Shown piece by piece: positions 18,106 to 26,040 of a stretch of DNA of 64,000 bases; the stretch's first letter is position 1; the number at the start of each line of letters is the position of its first letter. Origin of the DNA: Pseudomonadota bacterium (GTDB lineage Bacteria > Myxococcota > JACRCW01 > JAFGSX01); the NCBI GenBank assembly GCA_043821645.1, contig JBDRCO010000118.1:32001-96000 (forward strand). Reading direction: 5' to 3'. A program made the position numbers and the translations under genes. The notes beneath the pieces were generated by a model. It was not told the origin of the DNA. It was given only the letters and a program-made list of their open reading frames with translations, and made no database searches.

Positions 18106-20376
18106 ATGATCGCGCAGGCCCAGACTCGCCCTGCCCGTCAGCTCGTCCTGGCCGTCGTGCTCACCTGCAGCGGTCTGCTATCGGCGTGCCCGGCAGATGG
18201 CACCTGTCAGAGCGCACGCGACTGCGAGGGCGCCCAGGTCTGCGTCAACGCCGCCTGCCGCGACACCTGCAACAGCCGCCTCGAGTGCCACGGCTTCGAG
18301 GCCTGCGTCGACGGCGTCTGCGTTCCCGCGCCCGACTCAGGACATACCACCGACGACGCTTCGATCGCCGATACGGTCCACACAGACCGTTCGAGCCAGG
18401 ACCATGCCGTCCCCCCCGATCAGGGCCAGCAGGATGTGGTTCGCGCGGACCTCGTCGTCGCGGATGTGGAGCTGGACGCGGGCGAGGAAGCGGGCACGGA
18501 CGCGACCATGGACGCAACGGTCACCAGCGACGCCAGCTCGCCGGATCTGGGCAGCAGCGACGGCCCAGGCCTCGACACCATGTCGGGAGACCTGGTCATG
18601 ATCGACGCCAGTACGATGGATGCCGGCGCACCCGACGCTGCCCCCGCCTCGGTGTTCTCACCCATCCTCCTACCCAACGGCGGCTCCGCGGACTGGGTCT
18701 CCGCGTCGCCGGTCAACCCGGAGCGCCTGTACGCCACCCTGGGCGGCGCCCACGTGGTGCGCAGCGACAATGCGGGCAGCCGCTGGACGGACTGCGGTGC
18801 CTTTCCCCGGTGGGGCTTTGCGGCTGTGGCCTCGGTGACCAGCGCGGACAGGGTGTACCTGGCCATGGCCGACGACGTGCTGTTTAGTGACGACGGCTGT
18901 GGCTCCTGGAATTCACTGGGCGTGGGCGAGGAGCCCACGGCCCTGACCGTGGCACCCGGTGACAGAGTCCTGGTCGGCACCCTGAGCGGATTGCGCGTCT
19001 GGGCGACCGGCACCTGGTCGGACCTGCCCTCGCCCCACGACGGTCAGTGGATCAATGCCATCGCGGTGGACAGCAGCGGCGACATCGTGCTGGTGGCCTC
19101 CGAAGAGAATGGCCTGATTCGCTCGGAAAACCGTGGCCGGGACTGGGTGGTCCTGAGCACGGGCCTGACCACCACCCAGCTCTTCGACGTCCAGCTCGAT
19201 GCCACCGACACCGACCACATCCTGGTGGCCTGCGGCGACGGCGTTTTCGTGTCCTGGAACGGTGGGACCAGCTTCTCGCGCACAAAGAGTGGCTGGTTCG
19301 AGGCCGTGGCCATCGATCCCTTGACTCCGGCCAACGTGCTGGTCAGCGGAGCCGATGGCCTGTATCGCAGCAGCGACGGTGGCGACAGCTTTGGCGCGGA
19401 TTGTCGCAGCGCGGGCATGAACAAGGCCTTCGTCAATCACATGCTCTTCGTTCCGGGCAGCGATTCGCGCGCCTACACGGCCACAGCGCGCGGCATGTTT
19501 GTGGCAAGCACGGGGACCTGCAGCTGGCAGGAGATCGACAGCGGCATACAGGCCTGGAACATCCACGAGATCGCCGTGGCGCCGGGCAGCGGCGTGCTCT
19601 ACCTGGCCACGGGTTCGGCGGTGCTCACCGAGCAAAACGGCTGGTTCGTGCGCAGCCAGGGCTACTCGGTCTACAGCTACACGCCGTCGCTGGCTCTCGA
19701 TTTTGGCGATCCAGGAGTGCTCTACGCCGGCGCCGCACACCAGTTGCTGGTCAGCACCAACCTGGCCAGCAGCTTCGACTACCTGACGGGCCCGGGCAGC
19801 GACTGGGCCTACTTCTCGGTGCAGGCGCGGGGCGACCAGATCTACGCCGGCACCGACGACCAGCTCGTGGTCTCGAGCAACGGCGGACAGAGCTTCAGCT
19901 TTCGCGACATCGACGGCCAGAAGCGCCGAGTCAGCGAGATCGTGGTCCTCGACTGGCAGCTGCCCGCGCTGCTGCTGGGAACTGGCTCCGGGCTGTTCTA
20001 CACCGAAGACGAGGGCGCCAGCTTCGCCGAGCTGGATCTAGGCATCAGCGCGCCCTGGGTGAGCTCCCTGGCCATGCGCGGCGACGGCAGTCTGGTGGTG
20101 GGCACCGAGGTCGGCGTCTTCATCTCGGCCCCCAATGACCTGTCGAGATTCGCGGCCTGGGGCCTGGACGGCTGCGACATCGCGGACCTGGCTGTGGCCG
20201 GTGACGTCGTTTTCGCGGCCTGCGGTCAGGCCGTGTACGCGCGCGATCCCATGCGCGATCAGTGGAACGAGCGGCCCGGCATGCAGGGCATCTGGGTCGA
20301 GTCGCTGGCGGTCGACGGCAGCACGCGCTTGCTGGTGGGCACCGACGGGCACGGGCTGTTCGAGATGGGGCTGTAA
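18106..20376 (+). CDS. lipoprotein with a Cys-rich N-terminus and BNR/Asp-box beta-propellers (VPS10/GH74/Ycf48-like)
   Basis: Lipobox LLSAC, DA-rich linker, repeated S.DGG.SF/W Asp-boxes. Confidence 0.8.
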   Translation: MIAQAQTRPARQLVLAVVLTCSGLLSACPADGTCQSARDCEGAQVCVNAACRDTCNSRLECHGFEACVDGVCVPAPDSGHTTDDASIADTVHTDRSSQDHAVPPDQGQQDVVRADLVVADVELDAGEEAGTDATMDATVTSDASSPDLGSSDGPGLDTMSGDLVMIDASTMDAGAPDAAPASVFSPILLPNGGSADWVSASPVNPERLYATLGGAHVVRSDNAGSRWTDCGAFPRWGFAAVASVTSADRVYLAMADDVLFSDDGCGSWNSLGVGEEPTALTVAPGDRVLVGTLSGLRVWATGTWSDLPSPHDGQWINAIAVDSSGDIVLVASEENGLIRSENRGRDWVVLSTGLTTTQLFDVQLDATDTDHILVACGDGVFVSWNGGTSFSRTKSGWFEAVAIDPLTPANVLVSGADGLYRSSDGGDSFGADCRSAGMNKAFVNHMLFVPGSDSRAYTATARGMFVASTGTCSWQEIDSGIQAWNIHEIAVAPGSGVLYLATGSAVLTEQNGWFVRSQGYSVYSYTPSLALDFGDPGVLYAGAAHQLLVSTNLASSFDYLTGPGSDWAYFSVQARGDQIYAGTDDQLVVSSNGGQSFSFRDIDGQKRRVSEIVVLDWQLPALLLGTGSGLFYTEDEGASFAELDLGISAPWVSSLAMRGDGSLVVGTEVGVFISAPNDLSRFAAWGLDGCDIADLAVAGDVVFAACGQAVYARDPMRDQWNERPGMQGIWVESLAVDGSTRLLVGTDGHGLFEMGL

Positions 20377-20380
20377 CGGC

Positions 20381-21394
20381 CTACTTCCAGCGCAGGCAAC
20401 GCATGCTGCAGCTCAGCTCCCCGAGGCCATCGGTGGACTGGTCGACGTAGCCGTGCAGGCGCCACAGGTGGGCACTGCCGACCGCACCGCCGGTGTTGTC
20501 GACGGAGCAGTTGCCATCCGAGTTGGAGTAGGAGCTGCTGCCGTGGTTGTGGTGCCAGCGAAACTTGCTGAGCCAGCAAATCGAGGTCTGGTCGGTGTAG
20601 GCTGCCGGCGATTCCAGGTCGCCCGACTGCGAATAGCTCAAGATCGTGAGATTCAGATCGAAGTGGTCCGAGAGCACCAAGCCCGTGAGGGTGCTGTTCG
20701 GAGTCGCCCCAGTGAGCGTCAGGCTCGGCGTCGACAGGCTCTTGTTGACCACGACGTCGTCCCAGAGGTGGATCTTGCGAGTATTGCCCGACCCGGCGCC
20801 CACGATGCCCAGGGCCGTGTTGTCCCAGTCCGGCTTGTAGGAGATCTTGCCCGCGTCGCCGCTGTCGCCGTTGTCCCGAACAAAGGCGATGGTCCGCGGT
20901 CGGTTGGCCGTGTCGGCGCCCACGTCCAGCACGTCTTTCACGCTCAGGGCGCCGTGGACCGTGAAGTCGTGCGCCGCCGAGGCAAAGGGCAGATCGCCCA
21001 GCCGCGCCAGGCCCTGCAGCAGGGTGAAGTCGGCCGCGCCCTGGGGCCTGACCGCGATGGCCAGGTACAGCGCGTTCTGTGCCAGGGTCGCGCTGGTCAG
21101 GGCTTTGTTCTGGCCCAGCAGCACGCCAAAGGCGCCGGCGTTGACAGCCACGCCGCCCTGCTCTGTCCACCACAGGCCGCAGCTGTCCGAAAGCTGGGTC
21201 ACCGTGACCAGACAGGTGGGGTCCGCGGTCGACGTCGCGAACAGTGCGAAGCGAAAGTCGTGCGGGCCGACGGCGGACTGACCAGACAGCTCGAGGTGAC
21301 CCTGATAGGGGATGAGCGGGGAAGCGGTCTGCGCCAGCGAGGCGGCAGGCAACAGGCTGAGCGCCAGCAGGGCAGGCATCAGGGGCCGCGTCAT
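20381..21394 (-). CDS. secreted fibre/adaptor-like protein B (shared N-module, unique Cys/His-containing tip)
   Basis: AGGAGA RBS, signal peptide ending ASLA-Q. N-module IPYQGHLELSG...DFRFALF...LWW.....V..G.FGVLLG...LYLAIAV, paralogous to 21577..22590. Confidence 0.75.
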   Translation of the reverse strand: MTRPLMPALLALSLLPAASLAQTASPLIPYQGHLELSGQSAVGPHDFRFALFATSTADPTCLVTVTQLSDSCGLWWTEQGGVAVNAGAFGVLLGQNKALTSATLAQNALYLAIAVRPQGAADFTLLQGLARLGDLPFASAAHDFTVHGALSVKDVLDVGADTANRPRTIAFVRDNGDSGDAGKISYKPDWDNTALGIVGAGSGNTRKIHLWDDVVVNKSLSTPSLTLTGATPNSTLTGLVLSDHFDLNLTILSYSQSGDLESPAAYTDQTSICWLSKFRWHHNHGSSSYSNSDGNCSVDNTGGAVGSAHLWRLHGYVDQSTDGLGELSCSMRCLRWK

Positions 21395-21576
21395 GGAATC
21401 TCCTGTGGGCCACGCCAAGAGCGGCGGCCGCAGCGAGGTCGCGTCACGCCGTGGATGCTCTTGTTCACTCATTGAATGCCAGAATACTTGCTGCCGTGTT
21501 CACTGCACCGTCGTCTGCCTGGATCCTGGCACAGGGTAAGAGCTTCGAGGTCTTACGCCGGCGACGTACGCGCAGC

Positions 21577-22590
21577 CTACTTGACGCGCATGATCCAGGT
21601 CACCGTGAAGTAGGTGGGCCACACCGCCTCGTTGGGATCGTCCACTGCACGATACACGCTGTACTCCGAGTAGCCCGTGGCCGCGGGAAAGTACACGGTG
21701 TCGTCGTCACCCGTGCCACCCCCACCACCCCACACCGAGTTGTTCACCAGGGTCATGACCGCTGGCGTATCCGCGTAGTTGACCTTCCTCGTCCAGGCGT
21801 AGAACGAGCCACTGACTCCCCCCGTGGCCTTGGCCACCATGTGCTGATGCGCCCCGATTCCAGACACATCGGTGATACCGGTCGTATCGGTTGACTGCGC
21901 TCCGCGAAGAAACTTCCTGCTGTTGTTGAGGTCAGGCGCGTCCAGTCCGGTGAAGGGCGAGTTCGGCACACTGATGGACTGGCCATTGCACTCCACCCAG
22001 TTCCCGGGAAGCGTGCCCGCGGTCCCGCCCATGTGCTTGTACCAGGGGATGATGCTGCCCACGGGGACGACCCCAAAGCCCGAGATCTCGCCCTGGCTGC
22101 TGATGTTGCCCGTGGCGGCGATGCTGCCGCCGACGGTGAGGTCTCCCCCCACCGTGAAGTCGCGCGCCGCGGCCGCCCGCGGCACCTCGGCGATGCGCTG
22201 CTTGCCCGCCAGCAGCGTGTAGGCCGAGGCAACGTCCTGCTTGACCGCGATGGCCAGGTACACCTCCGGTTGTGCCAGCACCGCATTGCTCAGGGGGTGC
22301 GACGCCTGCCCGAGCAGCACGCCGAAGGTGCCGTCGCGAACCAGCACGTCGTCGAGCTGTGTCCACCACAGGCCGCAGCTGTCCGTCGGCTGGGTCGCCG
22401 TGACCAGGCAGCCAGCATCACCGTCGGCTGCAGCAAACAGCCCGAACCTGAAATCATGCACGCCGCTGGCGGCCTGGCCCGACAGCTCGAGCCGACCGGT
22501 GTAGGGGATCCTGGGGCTCTGGGCCAGGGCCCGTGGGGCTTCGAGGACCAGAGCCAGGCAGGCCAGACAGGACAAGGAGTGTTTCTTCAT
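21577..22590 (-). CDS. secreted fibre/adaptor-like protein A with a phage tail-collar domain
   Basis: Signal peptide ending ALA-Q and the same N-module. Then VPVGSIIPW...PGNWVECNGQ...PDLN...FLRG (tail collar), AHQH, and terminal P.Y.TV.WIMRVK. Confidence 0.75.
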   Translation of the reverse strand: MKKHSLSCLACLALVLEAPRALAQSPRIPYTGRLELSGQAASGVHDFRFGLFAAADGDAGCLVTATQPTDSCGLWWTQLDDVLVRDGTFGVLLGQASHPLSNAVLAQPEVYLAIAVKQDVASAYTLLAGKQRIAEVPRAAAARDFTVGGDLTVGGSIAATGNISSQGEISGFGVVPVGSIIPWYKHMGGTAGTLPGNWVECNGQSISVPNSPFTGLDAPDLNNSRKFLRGAQSTDTTGITDVSGIGAHQHMVAKATGGVSGSFYAWTRKVNYADTPAVMTLVNNSVWGGGGGTGDDDTVYFPAATGYSEYSVYRAVDDPNEAVWPTYFTVTWIMRVK

Positions 22591-22781
22591 GCCGTGACCT
22601 TTGCTGCCGCGTGCCGAGGTACCCGTCGCATCGGGTCTCGGACTTGTGTCGCCCCTGCTGCAGCGTGCAGGGGGGAGGCGTGGTGTCGCCGGAATCGTGT
22701 TCCTCGGTGCTTGGTGCCGGAATACAAGAAACAGCGTGTCCTCTCTTTTCGAGCCACGAAGCCAGGGCTGGCTCATCGCGC

Positions 22782-25700
22782 TCAGGGCAGGACGGACGGA
22801 TGGATGGCGTAGCCCGTGGCGCCGCAGCCACCGTCCACCGCGTTCTGGCACAGCGGCGTGGTGGCTGTGACCTGGGCTGGCACGTAGCCGCGCAGGGTGT
22901 AGCCGGAGCCCTGTGCGTCGCCGGACCCCGCGTCGGGGTTCTCGCGCAGCGGGGTGCCCTCGCTGGCCTGCACCGCGCCGCACAACCAGTAGCCACTGCG
23001 GGGGCCCAGGCTGTAGTCCGACGACAGGAACAGGTAGGTGGGATCGACACCGGGGTCGTAGCTGCCATTGAGGGGGTTCGCTCCGGGGCAGCCGATCTCG
23101 CAGCCTATGCCACCGTAGTTGTAATCGCAGCCGCAGGTAAGTGCTCCGAAGGCCTCGAGACGGCCCGCGCCCCGGATGCTGGCGTCGGGATCGGAAACGT
23201 CCAAAAAGCCCGGACACATCTGCCGCCACTCAACCCACTCGTTGATGCAGCCGCCGGTGTAGTCCGCATCGTAGTCGTAGCCGTCATAGCTGCGCGCCAC
23301 CCAGGCCACGTGGTCCTGCACCGCGCTGCTGGTGATCACGCTGCGGTCGATGACCTGGTCGCAGGTGATGTCGCTGGCCGAGCCGCTGGCAAAGCCACAC
23401 TGGTTGAGGTGGTAAGGCCTGTGCACGACAGAGGGCGTGGCCGGCACGGTGTCGAGGTAGGTGATGTCGTCGATGTCGACGAGGGTGGGATCACTGGGAT
23501 CGGGACTGACGCGCATGACGCCACAGCGGAACTGGCTGTAGTGCGTCATGCCGCGCCAGGGATCGTCGGTCACGGCCAGGCCGTCACACAGGCCGTGGGC
23601 CGGGATGGCGGCATAGGAGCCGATGCCGGCAGGGGGCGCGGGGGTGCGCGGCGAGGTCCGGGGCCGCCAGGCCGCGTCCCAGCTGTAGGTGCAGGCTCCG
23701 GCTGCCGTGGAGCAGTCGTATTCTGCAAAGTCGTAGGCCTTGAGGTCGTTGACATCGAAGGCGCTGTCGCGGCGACGGCTGCAGCTCTGCCAGTAAGCGT
23801 CGGTGGCCGGATCCTCGATGGCATAACCCAGGGGGAAGCCCGCGTCGCAGCGCGAGCGCTCGACGATGAAGTAGGTGCCGGCGTCGAAGTAGCCGCTGTA
23901 CAGCTCGGTGTAGTAGCCCAGCTTGTTGAACACCTTCTGCCAGTCCTCACCCGTCGACACGTTGTGGCTCTCGACCTGGTCGGTCGAGCCGTTCTGGTTG
24001 AGATCCACCGGGCTGTCCATGCACACCTTGGTCGGGGAGTTGACCTCGGCGGGCACGAAGCGCCGGGCGCCGTAGGTCGGCAGCGCATTCTGATCATCGC
24101 GGTCGTTGCGAGTGGTCTCGTACAGCACGACGTGGTCCCGGCCGCCGGTCAGGGTGCCAAAGGTCGCGGCCACGTCGAGAACCTTCTGCTGGCCCCACTC
24201 GTTGACCAGAGAGAACTGGAACACCTGCTTGAGATCGCAGCGCGCATTGAGCACGGGCGTCCAGTCGTCCTGGAAGGCGCCGTACTCGGCCAGCGACGCC
24301 ACCCGGATCTGGTACACTTTCTGGTTGACCCAGCCGTCGCCATCCCTGTCGCACTCCACCGCCACGCCACCCGAGGTGCCCGAGTCCCAGAAGTAGCCGG
24401 GCTGGGTCTCGCAGTAGCAGTTGCCGTTGCGGTCGGTCACCGGCCACAGGTCACCGGTCAGGGCGGTCCCCGCGACGCAGCTGAGCGAGCAGGTCTTGCA
24501 GGACTGGTTGTAGCGGTCCCAGACCTGACCGCTCTGTGGGCACTGGCTCTTGCGGCAGTAGGCGGCGTTGGTCACGTCGAACTGCACGCAGTGAAAACCC
24601 GAGGCCGTGGGGCACATGTCGTCGCTGGTGCAGGGCGTGTTGGGAATGCACAGGTCGCTGTCCGCGTCGTACAGGTAACCGGTCGCGCAGTCGCCGCACT
24701 GCGCATCCTCGAGCAGGGTCGCCTCGACGCACAGCCTGTGCGTGTCTGTGCAATCCTGGGCAATGCTGTTGTCCGCACCCACCTCGCAGTTGAGCACCGC
24801 CACGCAGGTGCCGGCGCTGTCTGTCCAGTGGGGCAGGCAGTCACTGCAGTAGACGCCACCGCTGTCGCTGGCACAGGCGCGATGGGCATCGCTGCACGCG
24901 GGGCAACTGATGCAATCGCTGCACCCGGTGTAGGTGTGTGCCACACAGGTCCCGCCATCGTCGTGATAACCCACCACGCAGGCGCCGCAGGTGGCATCGC
25001 CGCAACCGGTGGCCGCGGTGCAATCGCGGTGCTGCAGCGTGCAGTCGCCACAGCTGACGGCGGCCCGGCAGACGCCATCGACCTCGGCGTCGGGACCGAT
25101 GAAGCAGCTGCTGACCTCGCTGAAGCACGGGCCGCAGTGCGCGCCGGCGGTATCCTCGACACAGACGCGATGCTTGCCGTCGCAGTCGGCCAGGATGCTG
25201 GCCTCGGCGCTGGCCTGGCAATTGGCGTGGGGGATGGCCTCGCACTGCTGCAGCGAGCTGTTCCAGCGGTAACCCGAGGCGCACTCGTCGAGACAGTGGT
25301 ACTGGCCACCGCTGTTGTCGCACAGCCGCTGCGCGCCGCAGGCCAGCTCCGTACACGAGGTGGCCACGCGACAGCGCTGGCTGGTGTCGTCGCACACCAG
25401 GTCGATGTCACAGCTGCCCTGGGCGCAGGGGCAGCCCTCGGTGTTGATGGGGCAGGCGTGGCACGTGCCGTCGCCGCACACCAGGTCCGCGTCGCAGGCG
25501 TCATCGACGCCGCAGGTGCAGCCTTCGCTGCCGTCGCTGCAACCCGCGGGCACACAGCGATCCTCCGCGCAGTTCAGGCCGTTGTCACAGGCGCCGTCGC
25601 GGCAGGGGCAGCTCGCGGCACCGCGCGCGCAGGGCTGGCACACGCCGTCGGTACAGCCCGCGCCCTCGGTGCAGTACTGGCTGTCGAGGCAGGCGCAGCC

Positions 25701-25985
25701 GGTCTCACCGTCGATGCAGTTGGTGCACAGGCCCGCGACACAGACGGCCCCTGCCCCGTAACGCGCGTCCCCGGCACAGTCGGTCGGTGCCGCGCAGGCC
25801 ACGCACTTTCCATCCTTGCACAGCGTCCCGATGTCCTCGGCCAGCCCCTTGCAGTCCGCACTGGTGGTGCAGTCGGGCTTGGTGGGGACAGGCGGTTCCG
25901 GGGGACAGCCCATCCAGGACGTGGCACCCAGGAGAACGAGCGCGGGCAACAACAGCGAGTTCGGACGGAGACGAAGGCAGTTCAT
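22782..25985 (-). CDS. large Cys-rich lipoprotein (1067 aa) with an uncharacterised C-terminal globular region
   Basis: Lipobox SWMGC. CxxGxxGCxC and EGF-like repeats. DRDGDG and DLNQNG Ca-binding-like loops. Confidence 0.8.
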   Translation of the reverse strand: MNCLRLRPNSLLLPALVLLGATSWMGCPPEPPVPTKPDCTTSADCKGLAEDIGTLCKDGKCVACAAPTDCAGDARYGAGAVCVAGLCTNCIDGETGCACLDSQYCTEGAGCTDGVCQPCARGAASCPCRDGACDNGLNCAEDRCVPAGCSDGSEGCTCGVDDACDADLVCGDGTCHACPINTEGCPCAQGSCDIDLVCDDTSQRCRVATSCTELACGAQRLCDNSGGQYHCLDECASGYRWNSSLQQCEAIPHANCQASAEASILADCDGKHRVCVEDTAGAHCGPCFSEVSSCFIGPDAEVDGVCRAAVSCGDCTLQHRDCTAATGCGDATCGACVVGYHDDGGTCVAHTYTGCSDCISCPACSDAHRACASDSGGVYCSDCLPHWTDSAGTCVAVLNCEVGADNSIAQDCTDTHRLCVEATLLEDAQCGDCATGYLYDADSDLCIPNTPCTSDDMCPTASGFHCVQFDVTNAAYCRKSQCPQSGQVWDRYNQSCKTCSLSCVAGTALTGDLWPVTDRNGNCYCETQPGYFWDSGTSGGVAVECDRDGDGWVNQKVYQIRVASLAEYGAFQDDWTPVLNARCDLKQVFQFSLVNEWGQQKVLDVAATFGTLTGGRDHVVLYETTRNDRDDQNALPTYGARRFVPAEVNSPTKVCMDSPVDLNQNGSTDQVESHNVSTGEDWQKVFNKLGYYTELYSGYFDAGTYFIVERSRCDAGFPLGYAIEDPATDAYWQSCSRRRDSAFDVNDLKAYDFAEYDCSTAAGACTYSWDAAWRPRTSPRTPAPPAGIGSYAAIPAHGLCDGLAVTDDPWRGMTHYSQFRCGVMRVSPDPSDPTLVDIDDITYLDTVPATPSVVHRPYHLNQCGFASGSASDITCDQVIDRSVITSSAVQDHVAWVARSYDGYDYDADYTGGCINEWVEWRQMCPGFLDVSDPDASIRGAGRLEAFGALTCGCDYNYGGIGCEIGCPGANPLNGSYDPGVDPTYLFLSSDYSLGPRSGYWLCGAVQASEGTPLRENPDAGSGDAQGSGYTLRGYVPAQVTATTPLCQNAVDGGCGATGYAIHPSVLP

Positions 25986-26040
25986 GACAGGTCCTCGTGT
26001 GTTCGACGAGATGTCGCGCGGCGTCCGCGCGCGGAGTCGC

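Noticed and set aside
21577-22590. Prophage or contractile injection system suggested by the tail-collar domain
   Set aside because: No capsid, terminase, sheath, tube, baseplate or integrase genes lie in the window, and the protein has a Sec signal.
22591-23229. N-terminal extension of the 550-aa ORF
   Set aside because: It overlaps the 1067-aa gene in another frame. The signal peptide and paralogy with the neighbouring gene begin at ATG 22590.
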